This document shows, in pieces, positions 1 through 9,076 of a DNA stretch of 64,000 bases. The DNA is taken from NCBI GenBank assembly GCA_963832765.1, contig CAWHVI010000017.1, positions 17,900-81,899 of the forward strand. The letters run 5' to 3'. This DNA comes from an uncultured Acidobacteriaceae bacterium. GTDB taxonomy: Bacteria > Acidobacteriota > Terriglobia > Terriglobales > Acidobacteriaceae. The notes beneath the pieces are model-generated. The model was not told where the DNA came from. It searched no databases and was given only the letters and a program-made list of their open reading frames with translations. Positions within the stretch are counted from its first letter, which is position 1; each line of letters begins with the position of its first letter. The position numbers were made by a program, and so were the translations under genes.

Positions 1-100
1 GACGTCGAGCGCAGAAACACGGTCGCAGGCCATTCCCCCCGAACCGCCAAACTTGGGGATTGGCCTCCTTGTTCACTGCTGCCATCGACGAATTCCCGCG

Positions 101-487
101 CTAACGATTGGCCAGGGTGGGGATGTCTCCCAAGCCGAGGAGCTTTTGATCTGCAGTCAGCAACGTCAGCCTCAGCACTTTGGCAGTCGCTGCCAGAAAG
201 CGGTCCGCGGGATCGGTATGAGGCAAAAGCAGCGCCAAACCGGTGCGGACGATTTCATGCGTCAAAGGTGCCTCGCGCAACTGCTCGGCCGCCCGCTCCA
301 CCCAAGCGAACGGGTTGTCCACCCGGATTCGACCCTTCTGCATCAGAACCAAGGCTTCCCAGACGCTGACTGGCGATAGCCAGAGCTCATTGTTCGGGTT
401 CGACAGTTCTGCCCGGGCTCGTTTGCCTAGGCGCCTAGGCTCCAATTTGCTCCAAATCCAGATGTGAGTGTCCAGAAGGAGATTCAA
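101..487 (-). CDS. vapC: PIN-domain toxin, VapC family
   Basis: 128-aa ORF with N-terminal LLLDTHIWIW and the conserved acidic positions typical of PIN domains (D6, DPADR, TADQ). Apparent TTG start overlaps the stop of the upstream antitoxin (TTGA). Confidence 0.8.
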   Translation of the reverse strand: MNLLLDTHIWIWSKLEPRRLGKRARAELSNPNNELWLSPVSVWEALVLMQKGRIRVDNPFAWVERAAEQLREAPLTHEIVRTGLALLLPHTDPADRFLAATAKVLRLTLLTADQKLLGLGDIPTLANR

Positions 488-723
488 TCGCGATAGGCCT
501 CGATCTCGTCTAACTCGATGACAGGCGAGACGATATCGCCGACAATTTTCCCCGTTCCTACCATATCGCCCACGAACTTCCGCGTGCGGTCAGGTCCCGC
601 CGGAAACACCTCTGCGACAGGAATCCCGTGACGAGTAATGCGCAACGGCTGACGCGTCTTGTGCACCTGCTCAATGAGCCCAAGACACTTGGCTTTGAAA
701 TTAGAAATCGAAACATCGTTCAT
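484..723 (-). CDS. Phd/YefM-type antitoxin
   Basis: 79-aa product MNDVSISNFKAKCLGLIEQVHKTRQPLRITRHGIPVAEV resembles Phd/YefM antitoxins. It sits directly upstream of the PIN gene and is translationally coupled to it. Start trimmed to the ATG at 723. Confidence 0.7.
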   Translation of the reverse strand: MNDVSISNFKAKCLGLIEQVHKTRQPLRITRHGIPVAEVFPAGPDRTRKFVGDMVGTGKIVGDIVSPVIELDEIEAYRD

Positions 724-1015
724 GACTATTATTTTAATCATAGTCATAATACAGGTCAACGGCGCGAATTCAGCTCGCGGATCTAGCGTTCTTTAACTAT
801 TTCTTTAGTCACAGCGGGGCGAGGCCGAAAGAATTGCCCTGGCGCTAGTTCTTAGCCCGCGCTTCTTCCATCGTGTCACCTTCGGAAATTGGCGGAAGAA
901 CTGCCGGGAGCGTAGGCAAGATAGCCACCGCCCTCAGAGGCCGGGGCCGAAACTCTAAGCTGAGTCGTTCTCAACTTTTGGAGTACTTAGCGGGACCGGT
1001 CCGGAGCGGCCGGCA

Positions 1016-2008
1016 TTACTGCGTTTTCGTCTTCTTTATCTCCTCAACCAGCGGAGGGACTATGTCAAACAAATTGCCCACGACGCCGTAATCGGCGATC
1101 TCGAAAATCGGAGCTTCAGCGTCTTTGTTCACCGCGACGATGGTGCGTGAGCCCTTCATGCCAACGATGTGCTGGATGGCGCCGCTAATGCCCAGGGCGA
1201 TGTAGAGCTTGGGAGCTACCGTCTGGCCGGAGGAGCCAATCTGGCGGTCCATGGGCAGCCAGCCGGAGTCGCAAATAGGCCGCGAGGCCGCGATTTCTCC
1301 GCCGAGGGCCTCGGCGAGCTGCCTGGCTAGCTCGATGTTCTTTTGTTCTTTAATTCCGCGGCCGACCGCCACGATAATTTCCGCCTGGCTGAGGTCCACC
1401 GCCTGCTTAGCTTCTTTGAAGACTTCCTGTGGCGTGGTGCGGACGACACCCTCGGCCACGGCAACTTGAATTGTCTCTACCGGGGCGGCGTTTGCGCCAG
1501 CTTCAACTTTGTCTCCACGAAAGGCGCCGGTCTGCAAGGTTACAAACCATGGCGGTTCGCACTGGAAGCTGACATCGGCGGTGAACTTGCCCTGGAAGAT
1601 CTGGCGAGTGAAGAGCAGGTTGTCTGCGTCTTTCTTGTAGCCGATGCAGTCGCTGATGACGGTGCGCCCCATGGCGGTCGCCAGCTTGGGAGCGAAGTCG
1701 CGCACCTGATAGGTATGGGGCATCAGCACCAGTCTGGGCTGATTGGTGGCGAGGAAATCTTTCAGCGCGGCAGCGAAGGCGTCGGGAGTATAGGGCTCCA
1801 GGCTCGGCGATTCGAGAGCGTAAACCTTGGCCAGGTTCTTGCCGGCAAGCTCATTCGCCAGACCGGTAACGGATGCGCCAAGGACGGCAGCTTCCAGGGG
1901 CCAGCCGGTTTCGGCGGCCAGAGACTGCCCGGCGGTAAGGGTTTCCCAGGAGACGCGGTTGAGCTTTCCTTCGCGTTGTTCAGCGATGATGAGGATGGCG
2001 TTCGGCAT
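1016..2008 (-). CDS. etfA: Electron transfer flavoprotein alpha subunit
   Basis: Full-length EtfA-like sequence with a C-terminal FAD-binding region ([15 protein letters not shown]). Start trimmed to [11 protein letters not shown], because the longer ORF only reads through the upstream repeat element. Confidence 0.9.
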   Translation of the reverse strand: MPNAILIIAEQREGKLNRVSWETLTAGQSLAAETGWPLEAAVLGASVTGLANELAGKNLAKVYALESPSLEPYTPDAFAAALKDFLATNQPRLVLMPHTYQVRDFAPKLATAMGRTVISDCIGYKKDADNLLFTRQIFQGKFTADVSFQCEPPWFVTLQTGAFRGDKVEAGANAAPVETIQVAVAEGVVRTTPQEVFKEAKQAVDLSQAEIIVAVGRGIKEQKNIELARQLAEALGGEIAASRPICDSGWLPMDRQIGSSGQTVAPKLYIALGISGAIQHIVGMKGSRTIVAVNKDAEAPIFEIADYGVVGNLFDIVPPLVEEIKKTKTQ

Positions 2009-2021
2009 TGGCTTTTTATCT

Positions 2022-2067
2022 GCCGAGCTTCCGCTCGGCTGGACGGGGCAAGCCCCGTCCCTACACA
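2022..2067 (-). repeat. Family-A double-hairpin intercistronic element (etfB-etfA spacer copy)
   Basis: The minus-strand sequence reads TGTGTAGGGACGGGGCTTGCCCCGTCC-AGCCGAGCGGAAGCTCGGC. This matches the architecture of the five copies in the ribosomal operon. Confidence 0.75.
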
Positions 2068-2072
2068 AGCAA

Positions 2073-2843
2073 CTAAAACACGTGGGCTTCGTTACGAAGC
2101 TTTTCTACCATCTTTTTGGCGGCTTCGGCTGGGGCGCCCTCCAGCAGTTCGGTCTTCTTTGTTTTCTGCGGCGCGTAGAGCCGCTCAATTTTTTGCATGT
2201 TCGGACCGATTGCCGGCTGCACTTCGGCCATCGAGACTTTCCGCAACGGTTTGTTCTTGGCTTGTTTAATACCGATCAGCGTGGCATAGCGCAACTTGTT
2301 GATGCCGGACTGGATGGTCAGTACCGCGGGCAAAGGCATATCCACAAACTGGAAGTATCCAGCTTCGAGTTCGCGTTTCACTTTGATTCCACCATCGGTC
2401 TTTTCGATTTGCATGATGATGGTGGCGTGCGGCCATCCCAGCAGCTCAGCGAGAATCACGCCGGTCTGGGCGTAGCCGTAGTCGTCCGACTGCAAGCCGG
2501 TAAAGACCATATCGAACTGTTCGTCTTTGATGGCGGCGGCAAAGGCGCGTGCGGTGTTGCCGGCATCCAGGCCGACGAAGGCATTGTCCTCGAGATGAAT
2601 GGCGCGATCGGCGCCCTTCGCCAGAGCCTCGCGCAGCACCTGCTGGGAGCGTGCCGGGCCGGCGGTGATGACCACAACTTCGCCCCCGTGTTTCTCCTTT
2701 TGCCGAAGAGCTTCTTCCAGGGCATAGGCGTCCGGCTCGTTCACTTCGTAGGAGACATCTTCGCGGATCCAGGTCGCGCTTTCGTTGAGTTTGAGCGGGG
2801 CATCCTTCTGCGGCACCTGCTTCATGCAGACGAGGATTTTCAC
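2073..2843 (-). CDS. etfB: Electron transfer flavoprotein beta subunit
   Basis: VKILVCMKQVPQKDAPLKLNE is a typical EtfB N-terminus. GTG start at 2843 is preceded by AAGGAG. Confidence 0.9.
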   Translation of the reverse strand: MKILVCMKQVPQKDAPLKLNESATWIREDVSYEVNEPDAYALEEALRQKEKHGGEVVVITAGPARSQQVLREALAKGADRAIHLEDNAFVGLDAGNTARAFAAAIKDEQFDMVFTGLQSDDYGYAQTGVILAELLGWPHATIIMQIEKTDGGIKVKRELEAGYFQFVDMPLPAVLTIQSGINKLRYATLIGIKQAKNKPLRKVSMAEVQPAIGPNMQKIERLYAPQKTKKTELLEGAPAEAAKKMVEKLRNEAHVF

Positions 2844-2877
2844 TGTGGGCTCCTTGCAGAGGTTCGAGCGGCAGGCG

Positions 2878-3147
2878 CTATTCCGAGAATACCGATTGCC
2901 CGGTGATCTCAAAGCGCTTACGGCAGCGCAGGTTCTTGCAGACCATCATATCGTCTTTGCGCACCATGTAAGTGCGGGCCTTGGCGAAGCGCGCGCGGTC
3001 GCGTTCGTCGGCGCGTCCCGGCAGACTCGGTTTCTTCTTGCGCACCAGCCAGGCGACCTCATATTCGCCGCTTTGGTGGCAGTGGGGGCAGTTCAGCGTG
3101 GCCGGTTTCTTCTCGGTTCGTTCGTCAAAAAACTCGCGCTCTTCCAT
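2878..3147 (-). CDS. Small zinc-ribbon protein (CPHC ... CKNLRC), function unknown
   Basis: 89-aa ORF with two Cys pairs. It lies 34 nt upstream of etfB on the same strand. Confidence 0.5.
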   Translation of the reverse strand: MEEREFFDERTEKKPATLNCPHCHQSGEYEVAWLVRKKKPSLPGRADERDRARFAKARTYMVRKDDMMVCKNLRCRKRFEITGQSVFSE

Positions 3148-3215
3148 AGTTCGCCTTTGCTCTGGTAATTATTGCAGTTTTGCCGCGCTTCCAGCTATGG
3201 CAAGATGAGGAAGTC

Positions 3216-3392
3216 ATGAAGAAAAAGCGCAAGCCCAAGAAATTCCGGAAAGTGGAGGCGGTGAAGGCGCTGGCGCGCGAGCGGATTGGTACGCCTCCGT
3301 CGGGGCGGGTGATTCCGGACCGCACAAAACGGGAAAAGGAGAAACACAAGCCTACACTCGGGGAATTGTTGGAAGGGCACTCGCGGGACTGA
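3216..3392 (+). CDS. Small highly basic hypothetical protein (58 aa)
   Basis: The ATG at 3216 is preceded by GAGGA at appropriate spacing. Product is Lys/Arg rich (MKKKRKPKKFRK...). No homolog recognised. Confidence 0.35.
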   Translation: MKKKRKPKKFRKVEAVKALARERIGTPPSGRVIPDRTKREKEKHKPTLGELLEGHSRD

Positions 3393-3396
3393 AAGT

Positions 3397-3471
3397 TGGA
3401 GGCGCGGGTGAGAATCGAACTCACGTATAAAGGTTTTGCAGACCTCTCCCTTACCACTTGGGTACCGCGCC
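3397..3471 (-). tRNA. tRNA-Cys (anticodon GCA), CCA encoded
   Basis: Reverse complement folds as a cloverleaf: acceptor GGCGCGG/CCGCGCC, anticodon loop CTGCAAA, T-loop TTCGATT. Confidence 0.9.
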
Positions 3472-3538
3472 CCGTCAGTAAATTAGCTAGATGCGGGGAA
3501 AAAGTCCACTGGAGGCCAACTTACTGCTAAAAGCACAA

Positions 3539-3553
3539 AGCCCCGGTGGGGCT
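3539..3553. terminator. Short GC hairpin with T/A-rich flanks between the two tRNA genes
   Basis: AGCCCC-GGT-GGGGCT is followed by TTTTT on the plus strand and by TTTGTGCTTTT on the minus strand. Confidence 0.4.
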
Positions 3554-3564
3554 TTTTCGAAATC

Positions 3565-3639
<75 letters not shown>

Positions 3640-3660
3640 CCATCTTCAACAACCGGCTAC

Positions 3661-3722
3661 CGGATTCCTCGACTACGCTCGGGATTTCGGCAGCGGGCTC
3701 AGACGCCCGCTAAACGCCTCAA
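3661..3722 (+). repeat. Partial or related copy of the family-C element
   Basis: CGGATTCCTCGACTACG matches the GGATCCTTCGACTGCG end of family C and is followed by the hairpin AGCGGGC-TCAGAC-GCCCGCT. It lacks the GTCATC..GAGCG end. Confidence 0.4.
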
Positions 3723-3816
3723 GTTACTCCTGCCCAAAAGCCTGATTATAAATGACGTGCGGTTTGCCAGCAACGATGGGGCGAGACAGGTGGAAATGGC
3801 TTAAGATTGACGTTCT

Positions 3817-4437
3817 GTGAAAGCTCAAACCCTGTGTGTTCTCGGCTTGGTTCTGCTCGCCGCCTGCGCTGGGAAACACACTCGTGCGCCAACCAAAGCG
3901 TCGCCTCAAGGCTTTATTCCGGATTTTGTGGACTTACGAGCGGGCTGGCGAGTGTTGGTCGTCACGCCTATCCTGAAATCCGGCGGATACGAGCTTCCGC
4001 CGCATCAGTTTAGCGGCACCAATGGGAATCTGAAGGCGGGCACGGACTTCCTCGGATACGAGAATGATTACTATACGGTGAGGGGGCACGACGATAGGGT
4101 TCGCATCGAGTTTCGCTCAGCAGAACTCATGAAAGACGGCAAAGGCGAACGGCAGGCGCATCCTCGCGCGGCGCTCTTTGATCTCCCGCAGAATATACAC
4201 TACATCCGCTTGATGCGTCTTTTGCGGGTAAGCCAGGCTGACCACAATATGGCCATTCTCGGAGCGGACGATCCCAAATCGTTAGCGGACTTGACCAACG
4301 ATGTGGAAGATCACCCAGACACGGGATGTCGTGAGGGACCGCGCACATACTGCTTTTGGGTGCCGCAGGGAATCGCTGTTCGCGCGGAGAAACGGGAGAC
4401 CGTCGAGGGAAGAACAGACTGGATTCCGGTCTCCTGA
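3817..4437 (+). CDS. Hypothetical lipoprotein
   Basis: The N-terminus VKAQTLCVLGLVLLAACAGK has a signal peptide with a lipobox-like LAAC. No family recognised. Confidence 0.55.
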   Translation: MKAQTLCVLGLVLLAACAGKHTRAPTKASPQGFIPDFVDLRAGWRVLVVTPILKSGGYELPPHQFSGTNGNLKAGTDFLGYENDYYTVRGHDDRVRIEFRSAELMKDGKGERQAHPRAALFDLPQNIHYIRLMRLLRVSQADHNMAILGADDPKSLADLTNDVEDHPDTGCREGPRTYCFWVPQGIAVRAEKRETVEGRTDWIPVS

Positions 4438-4524
4438 CTTCGTAACGTCGGAGAAGGCAAGTTGTTAGGGCGGCGACTGAATCGGAGTTCGCTCGTGGGT
4501 GCTTATTAAGTCCAACGAGAAGGT

Positions 4525-4583
4525 AGGGATCGTTCGACTGCGTTTGCCCGTGCTGGGCGCGAGCAAACTCCGCTCACGATGAC
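4525..4583 (-). repeat. Family-C MITE-like element
   Basis: The minus-strand sequence reads GTCATCGTGAGCGGAG-[hairpin TTTGC..GCAAA]-CGCAGTCGAACGATCCCT. It begins 17 nt after the ABC ATPase stop. Confidence 0.6.
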
Positions 4584-4599
4584 AATTGGTGCGCGTCGC

Positions 4600-5307
4600 T
4601 CAATGACCGGTTGCCCATTGCGGATCCTGCTCGGGAACCACGATTTCGCCGTCCCGCATGTGGATGATGCGGTCGCCGTAACTGGCTGCAGCCGGATTGT
4701 GAGTAATCATGAGCACGGTCTGGTTCAGTTCGCGGTTGGACTGGCGCAACATGCCGAGTACGACGTCGGAACTATGCGAATCCAGATTCCCTGTGGGCTC
4801 GTCGGCGAGGACGATGGCAGGTTTGTTGATCAAGGCGCGCGCCAGGGCAACCCGCTGCTGCTGGCCGCCGGAAAGCTCGGCAGGCCGATGACGCAAGCGG
4901 TCTGCGATGCCTAACAGGCCTACGATTTTGTCGAAATGAGCCTGGTCGCGGTTGCCATTCTTGCCGGCGATATCCAGCGCAATCTCAATGTTGGCGCGCC
5001 CGTCGAGTGTAGGCAGGAGATTAAATTTCTGGAAGACGAAGCCAATTTTGCGCTTGCGCATGCGGGTGAGTTCGGCGTCGGAAAGCTGGGCGAAATCGTC
5101 GCCATCCATTAGGATGTGGCCGCTGTCGGCTCGTGCCAGGCCGCCCAATAAGTAAAAAAGTGTGGACTTTCCACTGCCCGAAGGCCCGACCACGCTGACA
5201 AACTCTCCTTTTTGCACGGCAAAAGAAATGCCCCGCAGCGCAGGCACTTCGACCTTACCTACATGGTAGGTCTTGTGCACATCCACGGCTTCGATGAAGG
5301 CAGGCAC
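4600..5307 (-). CDS. ABC transporter ATP-binding protein, MacB/LolD/FtsE-like
   Basis: Walker [10 protein letters not shown], signature LSGGQQQR, Walker [10 protein letters not shown]-loop ITHN. Confidence 0.9.
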   Translation of the reverse strand: MPAFIEAVDVHKTYHVGKVEVPALRGISFAVQKGEFVSVVGPSGSGKSTLFYLLGGLARADSGHILMDGDDFAQLSDAELTRMRKRKIGFVFQKFNLLPTLDGRANIEIALDIAGKNGNRDQAHFDKIVGLLGIADRLRHRPAELSGGQQQRVALARALINKPAIVLADEPTGNLDSHSSDVVLGMLRQSNRELNQTVLMITHNPAAASYGDRIIHMRDGEIVVPEQDPQWATGH

Positions 5308-5346
5308 GCTTCGATCTTACACGATGCCTGCAGTCTTTAGCCTGAG

Positions 5347-5769
5347 CTAAGCCGCGCCGACATGAGGAGAAGCTGGTTGAGAACGCACCGTGGCCCGTTT
5401 CGGACCTCGCTTGCGTACCAAGAGAAGGCGGATGCGTTCCAGTAGATCGGCGGGTGCATCCATGCCCTTGGCCAGAAAAACATCCGCCCGCATGGTTCCG
5501 TCAAAGCCTCGGGACTTGCTGGAAAGGAGAATGGCAGGGGTTCCGGGGGAGAGTTCCTTGACGCGATTGACGAAAGCCCCGCCTTCCATGCCGGGAGCAG
5601 CCAGGTTGCTGACCACCAGATCCACGCCGCCTTTTTTGAAGTGCTCCAGGGCTTCCTCGCCCCGCGTAAATGCGGCTACGCGGTAGCCGCGAGTTTCGAG
5701 CAGGACCTTGCGAATGGAAAGAGATTGTTCGTTGTCGTCAACGCACAGAATCGTTCTTTTGGGTTTCAT
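5347..5769 (-). CDS. Single-domain response-regulator receiver protein with Asn at the phospho-acceptor position
   Basis: CheY-like sequence: ILCVDDNE acidic pair, conserved Ser and Lys. The segment DLVVSNLAAPGMEG aligns to the canonical DLVxxDxxMPxMDG with N in place of D. Start at the second ATG is favoured but uncertain (alternative 5796). Confidence 0.8.
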   Translation of the reverse strand: MKPKRTILCVDDNEQSLSIRKVLLETRGYRVAAFTRGEEALEHFKKGGVDLVVSNLAAPGMEGGAFVNRVKELSPGTPAILLSSKSRGFDGTMRADVFLAKGMDAPADLLERIRLLLVRKRGPKRATVRSQPASPHVGAA

Positions 5770-5976
5770 TCCGTTTCCGAAAGGCGCGCGGGCCATTGCA
5801 CCGGGCTGCCGGGGGATGATCCGAAAACAATTTTTTTGTTTTGAGAGCGACTTGCATCCTAATGGCGTCTGCGCGCAATGTAAAGTGCCGCGAAAGCCAA
5901 TGGCAAATCGGCGCTATTGAAAATTTCCCGCGAGTGTGGGGTGTGCGTTTTTTCTATCAAGTAGCGCCGATCGCTT

Positions 5977-6867
5977 TCACAAAGAAACTTCTCCGCGGAG
6001 AATCTCCACAGCATTTCCTCCCACCCGCACGTTTACCACTCGATCATCGTGACGCGAGGCGCGCACAAAAATCCGGCTGGGGCGCCGCATTTCGACGCCT
6101 TGCTCGATGAGCACGCGCTCATCCGTCTTGGCAACGGCGTGCGTCACCATCCAGGCAGCGGCACAACCTGCCGCCGAACCTGTGGCGGGATCTTCGCCGT
6201 TGTAAAACATCATTCGCGCTTGCAGACGCGCAGCAGGATGGGACGTCTCGCGGGAGACAAAATAAAAAAACTTGCCGCCGGTGCGGTCGAGATATTCGGC
6301 GGAGATCGCCGAATTCACATGCAGGCGGCGCATGGCTTCCAATCCCCGTAACGGGACGATGGTGAACGGAACGCCCGTCGAAACGGTCTCGATGGGGAGG
6401 GACGGATCAATGTCGCCGTCGAGCAGTCCAGCAGCGCGAGCAACCGCCCCATGATCGTGCTGCATGACAAACTCGGGATCAAGCTGCTTCATCTCGGCAA
6501 AAGCCGGCTGGCCGGGAGTTTCTTCGAAACGAACGGGAATTCTTCCGGCGTTCAAGTCAAGTACAATCTCGGGCGTGCCGGTTGTGCCACGCAAGGCGAA
6601 GGCTGTTCCCAGCGTGGGATGGCCGGCGAAGGGCAGTTCCTCTTGTACGGTAAAGATGCGCACACGGATGCCGCGCTCGCGCTCAAGGGCTGGGTCGCGT
6701 GGCAGAATGAAAGTGGTTTCGGACAAATTCATTTCACGGGCCAGGTTCTGCATCTCGTCATCCGAAAGGCCACGACCATCAAGAAAGACGGCCAGAGGAT
6801 TTCCCGCGAAGGGCCGGGAAGCAAACACGTCGAGTTGCACGAAGGGGAAGCGCCGCAAGCCAGGCAT
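5977..6867 (-). CDS. PhzF-family isomerase
   Basis: FVQLDVFASRPFAGNPLAVF and later motifs are typical of PhzF/YddE. Start trimmed to MPGLRRFPF. Confidence 0.8.
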   Translation of the reverse strand: MPGLRRFPFVQLDVFASRPFAGNPLAVFLDGRGLSDDEMQNLAREMNLSETTFILPRDPALERERGIRVRIFTVQEELPFAGHPTLGTAFALRGTTGTPEIVLDLNAGRIPVRFEETPGQPAFAEMKQLDPEFVMQHDHGAVARAAGLLDGDIDPSLPIETVSTGVPFTIVPLRGLEAMRRLHVNSAISAEYLDRTGGKFFYFVSRETSHPAARLQARMMFYNGEDPATGSAAGCAAAWMVTHAVAKTDERVLIEQGVEMRRPSRIFVRASRHDDRVVNVRVGGNAVEILRGEVSL

Positions 6868-7022
6868 GATGCAGCATTGTATCGCCGCGTTCCGGAACCG
6901 GGAGGCGGTGGAAGGCGAAAACCTCGGCAGAATTGCGCCGCGAATCCTACAAAGATCATCTAAGAGCGGGGACAAGGCCGTCACGAATCTGCAGCTCTGG
7001 GAGGGTGGTTTTGAAAAGAAAG

Positions 7023-8672
7023 ATGGGATATACCGGGGTCATCTTGCTGGCAATGGCAGGTGTGCTCGCTGTTTCTCCTGTAAACGGAGCTGACCGGACG
7101 TTTCATGGCGCACCCTCTTCAGCCAAGAGTCAGAAAAACCGTTACGCGGGGAAAAAGGCGGCGATTGCGGCCGGCGCGAAGCTCTACTCGGCAAATTGCA
7201 GTTCCTGCCACGGTGTCAGTGGGCGAGGCACCGGCAACATTCCTCCACTGGCGCGCGGAGCGGCACAGTCGGCGAGTGATGGCGAAATTTTCTGGTTCAT
7301 CACCAAGGGCGACGTGAACAACGGCATGCCCTCGTGGAAGCAGCTGCCGGCGCAGAGCCGCTGGCAAATTGTGAGCTACGTTAAATCGCTCCCGGATAGT
7401 GGAAGCAGCGGGGAAAGTGCTGCCGCCGAAGAGCCTGCGGTTGCCGATGCCAGTGCCGGGCCGCCTCCGCCAGCTCCGTTTACCGATTTTCGCTATGAGA
7501 AACCCGGGAAGGTTCGCCACATTACGCTGCAGGATTTGCCGGCGCCGTTTGCCACCAAGTCGGCGGGCAATGGACCACAACTTGCGCCGCGGCCAGCAAA
7601 CGCGTGGCCGCAAGCGCCATCTGGATTCAAAGTGGGACTTTATGCCAGCGGCCTTAACGGTCCGCGCCTGATTCTTACCGCGCCAAATGGCGATCTTTTT
7701 GTGGCAGAGAGTGAAGCTGGGGACATCAAGGTTTTTCGCGGAATTTCGAGCGCCGGTACCCCTGAGCAGACGCAGGTTTTCGCAACCGGACTAAAAATGC
7801 CATATGGCATTGCCTTTTATCCGCCCGGTCCCAACCCGCAATGGGTGTACGTTGGCGATACCGATGCCGTCTTGCGTTTTCCTTATCAAAACGGAGATAT
7901 GAAAGCACGCGGTGCATCGCAGCACATCGCCGATGTTCCCGCGGGCGGCGGCCACTGGACACGCGATCTCGTATTCTCCCCCGACGGCAAGCATATGTTC
8001 GTGGGAGTGGGCTCGCTCTCGAATGTGGACGATCCGGATACCCATCCCGCGGAGAAAGACCGCGCCGATATTCTGGAGTTCAATCCCGACGGTTCGGATA
8101 GGCGAATTTATGCCTACGGAATTCGAAATGCCGGTGGCGGGCTGGCGATCAGCCCGAAGACGGGCGAGCTGTGGTGCTCGGTGAATGAACGAGATGCGCT
8201 GGGAGATTACCTGGTGCCGGATTACATCACGCATGTGCAGGACGGCGGCTTCTACGGTTGGCCATGGTGGTACATGGGCGGACATCAGGATCCGCGGCTG
8301 GAGGGCACGCACCCCGAGCTAAAGAACAAAGTGATTACACCCGATGTGCTGCTGCAGCCGCACAACGCTTCGTTGCAGCTGACGTTCTACGAAGGCAAGC
8401 AGTTTCCGGCGGAGTATCACGGGGATATTTTTGCTGCGGAACACGGCTCATGGAACAAGGGCGTGCGCGCGGGATATGAAGTCATCCGCATACCGTTGCA
8501 CCAGACCGGTCATGCCAGCGGCGAGTATGAAGATTTTCTAACCGGATTCGTTGTAGACAATGGGCACGTCTGGGGAAGGCCGGTGGGCGTAGCCGTTGCA
8601 CCCGATGGATCGCTGATGGTGAGTGACGATGGCTCGAACTCCCTCTGGAGGGTCAGCTACGTGGGGAAGTAG
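7023..8672 (+). CDS. Cytochrome c domain fused to a PQQ-dependent sugar (sorbosone/glucose) dehydrogenase beta-propeller
   Basis: Signal peptide, heme motif CSSCHG, then a soluble quinoprotein dehydrogenase-like region (HWTRDLVFSPDGK, GIRN, GFYGWPW). Confidence 0.8.
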   Translation: MGYTGVILLAMAGVLAVSPVNGADRTFHGAPSSAKSQKNRYAGKKAAIAAGAKLYSANCSSCHGVSGRGTGNIPPLARGAAQSASDGEIFWFITKGDVNNGMPSWKQLPAQSRWQIVSYVKSLPDSGSSGESAAAEEPAVADASAGPPPPAPFTDFRYEKPGKVRHITLQDLPAPFATKSAGNGPQLAPRPANAWPQAPSGFKVGLYASGLNGPRLILTAPNGDLFVAESEAGDIKVFRGISSAGTPEQTQVFATGLKMPYGIAFYPPGPNPQWVYVGDTDAVLRFPYQNGDMKARGASQHIADVPAGGGHWTRDLVFSPDGKHMFVGVGSLSNVDDPDTHPAEKDRADILEFNPDGSDRRIYAYGIRNAGGGLAISPKTGELWCSVNERDALGDYLVPDYITHVQDGGFYGWPWWYMGGHQDPRLEGTHPELKNKVITPDVLLQPHNASLQLTFYEGKQFPAEYHGDIFAAEHGSWNKGVRAGYEVIRIPLHQTGHASGEYEDFLTGFVVDNGHVWGRPVGVAVAPDGSLMVSDDGSNSLWRVSYVGK

Positions 8673-8906
8673 TTCAAGGACGTGGAAGAAAAGCATGTCG
8701 GCGGAGCCAAGGGAGCCGGGCAGCGGTGCAGTTGTCAGTTTTCTCTTGCGTTCCCGTGGGCATTTCTTTGCGGGCTCGGCGGTTAAAAGCTTCTCGGTTC
8801 GGGAGATCAAGAGTTGGTGACCGCGGAGTACCCAGAGGTGTGTGCTGAGCACGCTGAGAAAGACCGAGCTAAAGCAAAGTGGAGCATTACTAGAAACCGG
8901 ACAATG

Positions 8907-8935
8907 TTGACTGAGTCCACCGTGCCGCGTATTCT
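8907..8935 (+). promoter_or_regulatory. Sigma70-like promoter candidate for the peroxiredoxin gene
   Basis: TTGACT, 17-nt spacer, TATTCT, about 140 nt upstream of the ATG at 9077. Confidence 0.3.
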
Positions 8936-9076
8936 ACCGGGGATGCGCAAATACCCTCTTCCGGGCAGCCTGTGTTGTTGTAGCCGGGCGCCGGTTTGTG
9001 GTTAGCGCAAGAGTTTTTCATCCCACCGGCGCCATTCAATAAAGTAAAAAATCAAAGCCAAACCAGGAGATGAACC

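Noticed and set aside
1343-2906. 308-aa and 359-aa plus-strand ORFs
   Set aside because: They are antisense to etfA and etfB, which are unambiguous.
3125-3457. 110-aa minus-strand ORF
   Set aside because: It overlaps tRNA-Cys and both small flanking genes. Its composition is not protein-like.
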